DNA of 64,000 bases from an uncultured Thermoleophilia bacterium. GTDB lineage: Bacteria > Actinomycetota > Thermoleophilia > Miltoncostaeales > Miltoncostaeaceae. Below, piece after piece: positions 1 to 16,936 of the stretch. The DNA lies in the NCBI GenBank assembly GCA_963768285.1, contig CAVYHI010000017.1, positions 75,132 through 139,131 of the forward strand. The letters are read 5' to 3'. The notes under the pieces were generated by a model, which was not told the origin of the DNA, made no database searches, and worked only from the letters and a program-made list of their open reading frames with translations. The number at the start of each line of letters is the position of its first letter. The first letter of the stretch is position 1. The position numbers and the translations under genes were made by a program.

Positions 1-1
1 G

Positions 2-64
2 TTGATCGTCGGGCTGCTGGTGGTGTGGGCGGCGTCGGCCAACCGCGGCGGCGTCGAGGGATAG
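2..64 (+). CDS. 3' end of an unidentified gene entering from upstream (tail ...LIVGLLVVWAASANRGGVEG)
   Basis: Open frame with G/C-ending codons from the window edge to TAG 62-64. Too short to assign a family. Confidence 0.25.
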   Translation: MIVGLLVVWAASANRGGVEG

Positions 65-313
65 CGAAGCCGGGCCAGGGGCTTTACCTAGGGCGACCAG
101 GGGCCAGGCCCCGCGGGTGAAGTCGCACACCCGCGCGACCGACACAACCGGTAGCGGCCCGCCGAGGTTCACCCTCGACAGGAGGTGTCCCGCCTATCGG
201 CGGTTCCCAACAAGGCCGACGCTCGTGTGTCAACCATCTGATCGGCACGTCACCACAGTCCTTGAGGTTTCTCGGTGACGAACGTTGCGGGCCGCCCGGC
301 CGAAAGGAGTTGG

Positions 314-418
314 ATGCCGACGAGTTACGTTGTGTTCGTCGGTCTGCTCCTTGCGCTGAGCCTGGTCGCGCGTGACCGCCCGACACCGCGCAACAAGCCC
401 CGGCGCAGGAAGCGTTAG
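314..418 (+). CDS. candidate 34-aa small membrane protein (MPTSYVVFVGLLLALSLVARDRPTPRNKPRRRKR)
   Basis: ATG 314 is preceded by AAAGGAG (303-309). The product has one hydrophobic helix and a basic tail. A 12-bp-stem hairpin follows at 438-474. It is below the 60-aa cutoff of the ORF track. Confidence 0.35.
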   Translation: MPTSYVVFVGLLLALSLVARDRPTPRNKPRRRKR

Positions 419-495
419 CGCACGGCTAGTACGGCGGGGTGGTGCGGGGACTCCTGGCATCACCCCGCACCGCCGGCGATCACGAGATCGGGCCT

Positions 496-503
496 GTTTT
501 TGA
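496..503. repeat. left copy of the 8-bp target-site duplication GTTTTTGA of the ISL3 element
   Basis: Identical octamer directly abuts both IS ends (496-503 and 1897-1904). Confidence 0.85.
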
Positions 504-1896
504 CCCTCTTCGGGCATTCAAGTGGGTAGATGTACAGGTACTCGCCCGCATACCAGGGTGATCAGCGACAGCAGCGACTCCAATCTGCGGAAGCCTCGAG
601 CGCGGTGGCTCAGCAGGCGCACCGTGGAGTTCATCGCCTCCAGCCGGGCGTTGTTGACACGGAGGATCACCGCGTTGCATACCGCTTGGGCGTGGCGCTC
701 GATGGTGATCGCCGCCCGCACGAAGGGCTCCAGTCCCGAGGTGACCGCGGCGAAGATCCAGGCGTCCAGGAGCTCCGCGGCTTGGTCGTGATCATCGGCG
801 GCGTAGACGGCTTTCAGCTGATCGGTGAGCAACCACCCCCGGTAGACATCGTGGTTTGTCACCTCAAGTTCCTCGAGCACCGAGCGCGCTCCCGGGCTCA
901 AGCTCTCCGCGCGCCGACGCAGCAGGAAGCGGGTGCCCTTGAGCCACCGGGCCGCCTCGGGATCGCGTTCGCGAAGCCGCTGCCACTCACCCCGGCGCAA
1001 CTCGTCCAGGGCCCTGCCGGCCAGTTGGATGACGTGGAAGGGGTCCGCACAGATCGCCGCATCCGGGCAGTGCTCGGCGATGGTGGCCTCCCAGCCGCCG
1101 TGCAGATCCACCGATACCGCCAGGATGTGCCTGCAGCGCTCGGGGCCCAGCTGGCAGAAGAACATCGCCGCAATTGCTTGGCTTCGGCCCTCGTGGGCCC
1201 ACACGATCCTTCCCGTGTCGTGGTCGACGACACACATCAGATACCGGTGGCCCTTGCGGTAGGCGACCTCATCGATGCCGATGCGCACCAGGCCATCCAG
1301 GCCGTCGCCGGATCTCATGGCCGTGTACTCACCGACAACGCGCGCGATCATGCGGCCCACGCTGGCCCAATCGATGCGCATCAGCTCGGCCACGACGCTC
1401 TTGGGCGCGGCCTTGGCCAGATACACGCAGGTGTCCTCGAAGGCCCGCGTGAAGCGGGACCCCGCCCGGGCCCAGGGCACCTGCTCGGATCGGATCCCGC
1501 ACTCCGGGCAGGCGACGCGCCGGACCTCGCATCGCAGCACCAAGCGCGTGCGCGCCAGATCCAGATGCCGCCAGGTCTGGATCCTCCTGTCGTAGGCGAC
1601 CCGAACTCGCCGCGCGCACCCCGAGCAGAACATCGCCCGCCGGCGACGTAGGGCGAGGTCGACGATCACGGCCTCCCGCCCGTCGATCTCGGTGAGCTCG
1701 AGCCCCACAACCCGCTCGCCGTCAAGCCGCAGCAGGCGCTTGAATAACGTGGCCACGCGCATTCCATCGCTCCTTGTCGCGCTTCCTAGACAAGAGCGAG
1801 GTTAGGAACAGCGGCGGATTGCGCGTGGCACCGATTCTCAAGCCGATCTCGGCCGGTTCAGCGCGCGCGTTCACCCACTTGAATGCCCGAAGAGCC
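504..1896 (-). mobile_element. complete ISL3-family insertion sequence (1393 bp)
   Basis: 24-bp terminal inverted repeats at 504-527 and 1873-1896 (22/24 match, core CTCTTCGGGCATTCAAGTGGGT). One transposase ORF. Flanked by a perfect 8-bp direct repeat. Confidence 0.9.
518..1762 (-). CDS. ISL3 family transposase
   Basis: Intact 414-aa ORF. N-terminal Cys pairs (CSGC, CPEC). Body motifs GIDEVAYRKGHRYLMCVVDHDTGRIVW, ICADPFHVIQLA and ARLEAMNSTVRLLSHRARGFR are typical of ISL3 DDE transposases. Confidence 0.9.
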   Translation of the reverse strand: MRVATLFKRLLRLDGERVVGLELTEIDGREAVIVDLALRRRRAMFCSGCARRVRVAYDRRIQTWRHLDLARTRLVLRCEVRRVACPECGIRSEQVPWARAGSRFTRAFEDTCVYLAKAAPKSVVAELMRIDWASVGRMIARVVGEYTAMRSGDGLDGLVRIGIDEVAYRKGHRYLMCVVDHDTGRIVWAHEGRSQAIAAMFFCQLGPERCRHILAVSVDLHGGWEATIAEHCPDAAICADPFHVIQLAGRALDELRRGEWQRLRERDPEAARWLKGTRFLLRRRAESLSPGARSVLEELEVTNHDVYRGWLLTDQLKAVYAADDHDQAAELLDAWIFAAVTSGLEPFVRAAITIERHAQAVCNAVILRVNNARLEAMNSTVRLLSHRARGFRRLESLLSLITLVCGRVPVHLPT

Positions 1897-1904
1897 GTTT
1901 TTGA
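1897..1904. repeat. right copy of the 8-bp target-site duplication GTTTTTGA
   Basis: See 496-503. Confidence 0.85.
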
Positions 1905-2083
1905 GACGCACGTCCAAGGGGATTCCCGATCCCCATGTGCGACGCGAGGCGCCAGCAGGAACTTTCCACCCGCGAAATACCCAAGATCGCGCTTACACAA
2001 GCCGATCTCAACGAAGCGCGCGAATCAGACCGCTCGGAGCCCGAACCAGATCTTGCGGTGCGGGTGCCGCGTAACCACCACCG

Positions 2084-2266
2084 TCACGAGGCGCCTTGGC
2101 CGTCGTCCATCTTGCGGACGAATAGGTACGGGATCAGCGCGAACACGCCGAACAGCACCGTACAGAGGGCCCATGCAAAGGACCGTCGCCCGCGCCGCTC
2201 GCAGTCGCGGCTGACCCACCAGGCCATGCCGCACCACACGACGAAGATTGCTACAAGCAACAGCAC
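2084..2266 (-). CDS. small two-helix membrane protein, PLDc_N-domain-like
   Basis: 60-aa ORF MLLLVAIFVVWCGMAWWVSRD...FAWALCTVLFGVFALIPYLFVRK, matching the pattern of PLD-nuclease N-terminal domain mini-proteins. Confidence 0.55.
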   Translation of the reverse strand: MLLLVAIFVVWCGMAWWVSRDCERRGRRSFAWALCTVLFGVFALIPYLFVRKMDDGQGAS

Positions 2267-2745
2267 TTGCGCGTACCTACCGTGCCGCTTGTATGTGTAA
2301 CGGGAAGCGTAACAAGTTCGGGGAAAGCCGCTAGCCAGTGCCCGAGATCCCGCGTGGGCTCTCGCGAAACCACCAGCCCATGGTTGAACAGCTGGATCTC
2401 CGCGTCGTTACGCGGGCTGGTCGTCGGCATCGAGGTACCCCCACGACCCGGCGTCCGCAAGCTCGGCGTCAACGCGCTCGCCCTGCGGCGCCCACGGGTC
2501 GCCGGCTAGCGGCTCGTACCCATCGGTGAGGCCAGAGTCAGCGGGAAGCGGGGATCGATCCGATCGGCCTGCGCGAGTGCCGACGCACCTGCGCCTCGGC
2601 GCTGATCGCCAGCGGCGTCAACGCCAATGCGCTGAGCACACCGGTGCGAAACCTTGCCGTTCAGTGCCAACAGGGCACCTGGCACGGATAGTGCCAGATA
2701 CCCTGCACATGAGCCAAAAATCCGCTTGCCATGCGGGCTCTGAAG

Positions 2746-2832
2746 CGGAGGGGGTGGGATTCGAACCCACGGAACGTGTGAGCGTTCGGCGGTTTTCAAG
2801 ACCGCTACCTTCGACCTCTCGGCCACCCCTCC
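2746..2832 (-). tRNA. tRNA-Ser (anticodon TGA)
   Basis: Reverse complement GGAGGGGTGGCCGAGAGGTCGAAGG...GGTCTTGAAAACC...GTGGGTTCGAATCCCACCCCCTCCG. It has a 7-bp acceptor, a long variable arm and a T-arm. CCA is not encoded. Confidence 0.9.
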
Positions 2833-2954
2833 AGAGCCCCCCGGACGCCGCCGACCCGGTCACCGGGCACCCTCGGGCGCCGGGTGACCGATCGCGGTCG
2901 CCTCGCCGGTGACATCGCGCCCGGAGCCTATCGGACGGGTCGCGCAGGCTGGCG

Positions 2955-3846
2955 TCAGCCCGCGTGGGCCGGTTTTCTCAGCTGCAGGTAGATGACGCCC
3001 GCCTCATCGTCGGCGAGCTGATTGGCACCGGAGATCAGCGCGAAGTTGCCAGGGCACAGCCACCGCAGCGCGTTGCCGAACGGGTAGGTCCAGGGGGCGT
3101 ACCGGAAGAAGCGCGCCTCGATCTCCCGATTGACCTGGCGGGCCCGCTCGGCAACTTCGACCTCCCACGGCAGCTCCAGAAGGCGCGCGGCGAGGGTCTC
3201 GTCGTCGTAGTAGCGGGAGTAGAAGAACTCGTCCCCGACCGCGACGGTCGCATCGCCGTACTGTCGATGATCGATCATCTCGTTGCGGTGGGACTTGGCA
3301 AGCATGGTCGTCAGGTGCAGCAGCGCCCCGGGGCGCAGGACGCGCCACATCTCGCGCATCGCTGCCTGGTCGCCGTCGCCGGGGATGTGCTCGACGACCG
3401 AGATGCAGACGCAGCCGTCGAACGATTCGTCCGCGAAGCTCAGTTGGCGGGCATCTTCGACCCGCAGGTCAAGCTCGGGGTCGATGTGCCGCCAGTTTGT
3501 CGATCTCGTCCGCGAACAGGTCGACGGCGATCCAGGAGCCGCGGCCTTCGCACCGGAGCAGGCTTGGCAGCAGTTTGGGGCTGGAGACGTCGAGATTCCG
3601 CCCGGAAAACGGCTCGTCGACGATCCGCCCGAGCTCCCAGTAGCGCCACGGATCCAACGGGATCAGGAGGCGGCAGAGGCCGACCCGCGGCGCCGCCCAG
3701 CGCGAGCGCCACCCGGTCGCCAGCCAGCGCAAACCGAGCCGGTAGCTGTGCCGGCACAGCCGACGCCAGCCGGCGATGTCGGCCGCGGGCACCCGGATCT
3801 GGCCGGCCGGCACGGCGTTGTGGTGGATGCTCGGATCGGGTGACAT
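2955..3846 (-). pseudogene. class I SAM-dependent methyltransferase, one frame break near 3495
   Basis: The N-part is ORF 3469-3846 (PWRYWELGRIVDEPFSGRNLDVSSPKLLPSLL...IAVDLFADEIDK). The C-part is ORF 2955-3359 (MREMWRVLRPGALLHLTT...). Reading GAC AAA c TGG CGG CAC without one base joins them through ...WRHIDPELDLRVEDARQLSFADESFDGCVCISVVEHIPGDGDQAAMREMW. Confidence 0.75.
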
Positions 3847-3907
3847 CGGGTCCTGTTCGGGCGTCGACCGGCGTACCTCGCCCGCCAGGATACGCAGTCC
3901 CGCAGCC

Positions 3908-5140
3908 CTACGGGTACGCGTACTTGATCTGCAGCACCAGCGCGGCGATCAACACAACCCCCAGCACGGCCAGCCCGTAAACCCGCCGGCCCGAGCCCCG
4001 CTGGCTCCACGCCGCGATCGGCCAGATTAGCGGGAACGCCAGCAACCCGAAGCGCGTGTCGCTTGAGAAGTTGCCGGAGCTCAGGGGCACCAGCAGCGCC
4101 AGCACCGTGAAGATCACCCAGATACTGCGCCAGGATTGCTCGAATCGCACCAGCGCCACCACCAGGGCGAGCATCACGATCGTGATGATCAGATCGCGGA
4201 CCGGTCCGGTCCAGTACAAGATACGGAACCACGGCAGGTTCGGCTTCGAGTTCGGATAGGTGAACACGTACTTGAGCTCGCTGCCGAACTGCTTGAGAGC
4301 ACGCAGGCCGGGCGGATAGCGGTACCAGGCCTGCTGTCCGATGAACGGCAGCTGCCACGAGCCTCGGGCGACCTGCATCCATCCGAGAAATGCCGCAAAC
4401 ACCAGGATCGCCCCGCCGGCGGAGATCGCGGCGCGCGCCGCCCGCACGCGGCCCGGCACGGCCGGCGCGGTCACGGCGATCATGACGACCAAGAGCGCAA
4501 CCAAGAACCCCTGCGGGCGGGCCAGGACGGACAGGGCGGCGACCCCGGACGCCAGCCACCAGCGCCCGCGCCAGGCGGCCCAGGCGGCGCCTGTCGCCAG
4601 CGCGAGCAGGATCCCGTCGGTGTAGGCCAGACTCGCGTAGACCGCGGCGGGCGAGAACGCCAGAATCCAGGTCGCCCGGTCCGCAAACCGGAGCCCACTG
4701 CGCTCTTCGGTCAGCCCATGGAAGGCCACCAGGCCGACCAGCAGCCCACCGTTACTGGCCGCCAGCCCCCACAAGAACGGGTTGGACGAGGTCAGCACGC
4801 CGATGTGCATGATCGCCGGCAGCAGCGGATAGAAGACGAAATCGCTGTGGTGCGTGGCGATGCCGGTGGTCGCGGTCTGGTAGCCGTGCCGGGCGATGCG
4901 CAGGTACCAGTTGGTGTCCCAGCCACCAAGCAGCGCCAGCGATTTCGGGATCCCATTGTTGGGGGCCATCGGCGGCCACCCGAGCCACACCGAACCGATG
5001 CCGGCCATCACGAACACCAGCAGTCGCGACAGCAGCCACGCCGCCAGCGGCGCACGCCAGGTCGGGCTGACGCGGGCCAGGGGATTCCAGCGCCGCGCGG
5101 GCGCGGGCGACGCCATGGAGCCAATGGTCATTTCAGGCAT
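3908..5140 (-). CDS. polytopic membrane glycosyltransferase, PIG-V / mannosyltransferase-like (GT-C fold)
   Basis: Intact 410-aa ORF with many predicted helices and the motif LLGGWDTNWYLRIARHGY, which is characteristic of the Mannosyl_trans2-type family. Confidence 0.6.
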   Translation of the reverse strand: MPEMTIGSMASPAPARRWNPLARVSPTWRAPLAAWLLSRLLVFVMAGIGSVWLGWPPMAPNNGIPKSLALLGGWDTNWYLRIARHGYQTATTGIATHHSDFVFYPLLPAIMHIGVLTSSNPFLWGLAASNGGLLVGLVAFHGLTEERSGLRFADRATWILAFSPAAVYASLAYTDGILLALATGAAWAAWRGRWWLASGVAALSVLARPQGFLVALLVVMIAVTAPAVPGRVRAARAAISAGGAILVFAAFLGWMQVARGSWQLPFIGQQAWYRYPPGLRALKQFGSELKYVFTYPNSKPNLPWFRILYWTGPVRDLIITIVMLALVVALVRFEQSWRSIWVIFTVLALLVPLSSGNFSSDTRFGLLAFPLIWPIAAWSQRGSGRRVYGLAVLGVVLIAALVLQIKYAYP

Positions 5141-5229
5141 GGTCGATCAACAACTTACATTTCGCTCACATTTGGGTTCGCGCGCGCGCCCGGCGACCCT
5201 GCCGCGACGGACCGCCGGGCGGCGCCGGG

Positions 5230-7357
<2,128 letters not shown>

Positions 7358-7643
7358 GCCGGCACCACACCCGGGTCGACACCTGTCTCATGCCTGAGCG
7401 TTGTCATCGACATTGCCGGTACTCTGCCCGATTCCGCGCGCACCGAGCCCGACCGCCGCTCAGCGATGCCCGGGGCGGTCGCATGTTGAGGGGCTTTGTG
7501 GCGATATGTACGCGGCCGGCTGTGGGCATTGGTCAATGGTCTAGCACCCGCATCGGCGTGCGGGACTGGCAGAGTTGCGTGACGATCTGCCCCCAACATC
7601 GGCAGGAAGCCCCGATCAACGTACCCACGAGGCAACATCCACG

Positions 7644-13021
<5,378 letters not shown>

Positions 13022-13025
<4 letters not shown>

Positions 13026-14962
13026 GCGCGCGCGGGCCCGACCAGAACCTCGACGCGGCGGCCTGGCGATCGCCCATCTCGGACGCGGACCTGTATCTGT
13101 TCGCCGAGGGCCGGCACCTGCGGGTGGCCGAAATGCTCGGCGCCCATCAGGTGCCCGGGCGGGAGGCCACGCGTTTTGCCGTGTGGGCCCCCAACGCACG
13201 CGAGGTCAGCGTGCTGGCCGACGGCAACGGTTGGACCCCGGGCGCCGACCGGCTCGCGCCCCGCGGCTCGTCGGGGATCTGGGAGGGCGCGATCTCGGGA
13301 ATGGGACCCGGGGCCGCCTACAAGTTCCACATCGCAAGCCAGCACAACGGCTACTCGGTCGAGAAGGCCGACCCGGTCGCGCTGTGGTCCGAAACCCCGC
13401 CGCGGACGGCATCGATCGTCTGGGACCTCGCCTACGACTGGGGTGACGCCGACTGGATGGCGACGCGCCGTGCACACAGCGCGCTCGACGCACCGGTCGC
13501 GATCTACGAGGTCCATCTGGGGTCGTGGCGCCGCGTGCCCGGCGAGGGCAACCGTCCGCTGGGCTATCGGGAAATCGCACCGCTGCTGGTCGAGCACGTG
13601 CAGCGGCTGGGGTTCACGCACGTCGAACTGCTGCCGGTGACCGAGCACCCGTTCTACGGCTCGTGGGGCTATCAGACCACCGGCTACTTCGCGCCGACCT
13701 CGCGCTACGGCACCCCGCAGGACTTCATGGCGATGGTCGACATGCTCCACCAGGCCGGGATCGGCGTGATCCTGGACTGGGTGCCGGCGCACTTTCCCTC
13801 CGACGAGCACGGGCTCGGATACTTCGACGGCACCCACCTCTTCGAGCATGCCGACCCCCGCGAGGGGCAGCACCCCGACTGGGGGTCGCTGATCTTCAAC
13901 TTCGGCCGCCACGAGGTGCGCAGCTTCCTGCTGTCCTCGGCGCTGTTCTGGCTCGAGCGCTACCACGTGGACGGCCTGCGCGTCGACGCCGTCGCGTCGA
14001 TGCTCTACCGCGACTACTCGCGCGAGGGCGACGACTGGATCCCAAACGTGTTCGGGGGCCGCGAGAATCTCGAGGCGATCAGCTTCCTGCGCGAGTTCAA
14101 CGAGGACGTCTACCGGCTGCATCCCGACGTGCAGACCTACGCCGAGGAGTCGACGGCCTGGCCGATGGTCTCGCGGCCCACGTATCTGGGTGGACTGGGG
14201 TTCGGCTACAAGTGGGACATGGGCTGGATGCACGACACGCTCCAGTACATGCATCGCGACCCGGTCCACCGCCGCCACCACCACGGCGAGCTCACCTTCC
14301 GGGCGATCTACGCCTTCAACGAGAACTTCGTGCTGCCGCTCTCGCATGACGAGGTCGTGCATGGCAAGGGCTCGCTGATCGACGGCATGCCCGGCGACGC
14401 CTGGCAGAAGTGCGCGAACCTGCGTGCGCTGTATGCGTACCAGTTCACCCTGCCCGGCAAGAAGCTCCTGTTCATGGGCGACGAGTTCGGTCAGTGGCGG
14501 GAGTGGCACCACGAGCGCAGTCTCGACTGGCACCTGCGCGGCGACCCGCTGCACGGCGGGCTGGAACGCTGTGTCGCCGATCTCGCCCATCTGTACCGCG
14601 AGCTGCCGGCCCTGCACACCCGCGATTGCGATCCCGGGGGCTTCGAGTGGGTCGAGGCCTACAACGCCGAGCAGAGCATCATCGCCTACCTGCGCCGTGG
14701 CCCGGCGGGCGAGATGGCGCTGGTGGTCATCAACTTCACGCCCGTTCCCTGGACCCAGCATCGCATCGGCGTTGACTATCCGGGGCGCTGGGACGAGCGG
14801 TTCAACTCGGATGCAACGGTGTACGGGGGCAGCGGGCACGGCAACCTCGGTGCAATCGCCACCGTGCCGGTGCCAAGCCACGGACGCCCGCATTCACTGG
14901 TGGTGAGCGTGCCGCCGCTCGGGGCACTCGTGTTCGTGCCGGGCTCCGACGCCGGCGCATAG
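13022..14962 (+). CDS. glgB: 1,4-alpha-glucan branching enzyme GlgB
   Basis: Intact 646-aa ORF with [39 protein letters not shown] and [17 protein letters not shown]. Its ATG overlaps the treS/pep2 stop (ATGA). Confidence 0.95.
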
Positions 14963-16186
14963 GTGGCCGACGTCCGCGCGTCGGGCGTGCTGCTGCACGT
15001 GACCTCGCTCCCTGGTGGGCGGCTCGGGCGCCACGCGTACTCCTTTGTGGATTGGCTGCAAGCGGCGGGCCAATCGTGGTGGCAGGTGCTGCCGATCACC
15101 CCGCCCGACGAGCACGGATCGCCGTACTCGAGCCCGTCGGCATTCGCCGCCTGGGGCGGCCTGCTGGCGGATCCCGATGCGCGCGTCACTCGGCGGGAGA
15201 TCGACCGGTTCCGCGGCGACCACGCCGACTGGGCCCCGGGCTGGGAGGAGTTCGCCGGGCCCGATGCGCTTGGCGACCAGGTCCGCTTCGCGCGCGAATG
15301 GGCCGAGCTGCGCGCATACGCGGCAGGCCGCGGGATACGGCTCATCGGCGACCTGCCGATCTATGTCGCGCCCAAGAGCGCCGACCACGCCCAGCACCCG
15401 GAGCTCTTCCGGGAGGGCCTGGTCGCCGGGGCCCCGCCGGACCGGATGAGCGCGGACGGCCAACTCTGGGGCAACCCGGTCTACGACTGGAAGGCCATGC
15501 GGCGCGACGGGTATGCATGGTGGATCGCGCGCATGCGCCGCGCCTGCGGCCTGTTCGACCTAGTCCGCATCGATCACTTCCGCGGGTTCGTCTCCGGATG
15601 GGAGATCCCGGCGCGAGCCACGACCGCACGCGCCGGGCACTGGCACCGCGGGCCGGGTCAGGACCTGTTCGATGCGCTACAGGCGGCACTCGGCCCGCTG
15701 CCGGTGATCGCCGAGGACCTCGGCCGCATCACGCCGGCGGTCGTCCGGCTGCGGGAAGAGCTTGGGTTTCCCGGAATGGTCGTGTTGATCTGGGCCTTCG
15801 CCCGGGGGCCGACCAACCCGTATGCCCTCGACAACCATCCGGTCAACGCGGTCGCCTATACCGGGACCCACGACACACCGACGATCGCCGAGTGGTGGGA
15901 TGAGGTCGCGACGCGCGCCGAGCGCGCCGACGCCGACCGCCAGGCCGCAGCGCGGCGCATCGACGACCCGGCGCCGTACTGGAGGATGGTGCGACTGGCG
16001 CTGGAATCCCGGGCGCGCCTCGCGGTTATCCCGATGCAGGACGTCCTCGGGCTCGGCGGCGAAGCGCGGATGAACCGCCCGGGGAGCGAGGACGGCAACT
16101 GGACCTGGCGGTTGGATGCGGACGCGCTCGATGCCGCGCTTGCGGCGCGCCTGGCCGACGCCACCCGCCGGGCACGACGTGCCTGA
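14963..16186 (+). CDS. malQ: 4-alpha-glucanotransferase (amylomaltase, GH77), compact form
   Basis: Intact 407-aa ORF with GVLLHVTSLPG, LIGDLPIYV, VRIDHFRGF and YTGTHDT. The GTG start directly follows the glgB stop. Confidence 0.9.
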   Translation: MADVRASGVLLHVTSLPGGRLGRHAYSFVDWLQAAGQSWWQVLPITPPDEHGSPYSSPSAFAAWGGLLADPDARVTRREIDRFRGDHADWAPGWEEFAGPDALGDQVRFAREWAELRAYAAGRGIRLIGDLPIYVAPKSADHAQHPELFREGLVAGAPPDRMSADGQLWGNPVYDWKAMRRDGYAWWIARMRRACGLFDLVRIDHFRGFVSGWEIPARATTARAGHWHRGPGQDLFDALQAALGPLPVIAEDLGRITPAVVRLREELGFPGMVVLIWAFARGPTNPYALDNHPVNAVAYTGTHDTPTIAEWWDEVATRAERADADRQAAARRIDDPAPYWRMVRLALESRARLAVIPMQDVLGLGGEARMNRPGSEDGNWTWRLDADALDAALAARLADATRRARRA

Positions 16187-16255
16187 GACGCCGCGCTGCG
16201 CCCGCGCGTCGCTGACCTCGGGCCGTTCGGCCCGCTACGATTACGCGCGTTCGAT

Positions 16256-16345
16256 GGAGAGGTGGCCGAGAGGCTGAAGGCAGCCGCCTGCTAAGCGGTT
16301 ATCGGGGGTCAACCTCGATCGCGGGTTCGAATCCCGCCCTCTCCG
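16256..16345 (+). tRNA. tRNA-Ser (anticodon GCT)
   Basis: GGAGAGGTGGCCGAGAGGCTGAAGGCAGCCGCCTGCTAAGCGG...GCGGGTTCGAATCCCGCCCTCTCCG. Class II cloverleaf with a long variable arm. Confidence 0.9.
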
Positions 16346-16445
16346 TAGTGCACGTCCCGCGGCGCATGTCGCGTTGCGGGCACCGCACGCGGGCAGGGTC
16401 CCATGGCCTGGTATTCTGCGCGTCCGGCCTCGCCCAGAGGCCTGT

Positions 16446-16519
16446 GCGCCAGTAGCTCAGTCGGATAGAGCGTCGGTCTACGAAACCGAAGGTCACAGGT
16501 TCGAATCCTGTCTGGCGCG
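16446..16519 (+). tRNA. tRNA-Arg (anticodon ACG)
   Basis: GCGCCAGTAGCTCAGTCGGATAGAGCGTCGGTCTACGAAACCGAAGGTCACAGGTTCGAATCCTGTCTGGCGCG. Canonical 74-nt cloverleaf. Confidence 0.92.
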
Positions 16520-16524
16520 TCCGG

Positions 16525-16551
16525 AAAAGCCCCGTGAAGTGCGGGGTTTTT
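16525..16551 (+). terminator. intrinsic terminator after tRNA-Arg
   Basis: AAAAGCCCCG-tgaagtg-CGGGGTTTTT: a GC stem followed by a T-run, 6 nt after the tRNA. Confidence 0.75.
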
Positions 16552-16607
16552 CTGTGCCAGAGAGCCGAACCGCGGACCGCGCCTGATCGGTCTGAATCGG
16601 TCCGACC

Positions 16608-16650
16608 ACCATGCGGGAAGGTCTCGGACCATGCGGGAGACCATGCGGGA
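16608..16650 (+). repeat. three direct copies of the 11-mer ACCATGCGGGA
   Basis: Copies at 16608-16618, 16628-16638 and 16640-16650, in the non-coding stretch between tRNA-Arg and the tRNA-like element. Confidence 0.8.
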
Positions 16651-16860
16651 GACTCCCCCGGCGTGACATCACCCCGCCCGAGGCCGGCCGCCAGCTCGGC
16701 CCCAAGCGCAGTCGGTCTCACGAGCGGGCAGACGACGCGTACGCTCGTCCGTTCGCCCCCCTCGATGAGTGGTGCGCAGACTTCGTACTACCCCGCTCCG
16801 AAGACATTCGCCTGAGGGCGTGGTTGACAGGTGTGTCCACATGCAAGGCCAGTGTCCCGA

Positions 16861-16933
16861 GGCGGCAAACGCGACAGTCTCAACACCCGTTGGGTGAAAG
16901 CCCCCGGGGGTGCGACTCCCCCCGTCGCCACCA
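16861..16933 (+). ncRNA. tRNA-like 3' terminus (T-arm, acceptor strand, encoded CCA). Possibly a degenerate tmRNA/tRNA end or an attachment-site remnant; identity unresolved.
   Basis: GGGGG-TGCGACT-CCCCC T-arm (16906-16922), then CGTCGCC A CCA (16923-16933). GGCGGCA at 16861-16867 pairs 6/7 with the acceptor strand, but no D or anticodon arm can be drawn. An intrinsic terminator follows immediately. Confidence 0.35.
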
Positions 16934-16936
16934 TTT

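Noticed and set aside
2251-2472. 73-aa ORF upstream of the PLDc_N gene
   Set aside because: It overlaps the PLDc_N start. Codon GC3 decays along it and there is no family signal. It is more likely the promoter/5' UTR.
16861-16933. tRNA-Sec or class II tRNA interpretation of the tRNA-like element
   Set aside because: There is no 8-bp acceptor and no U33-TCA anticodon loop (the only TCA is preceded by C). No D-arm can be drawn.
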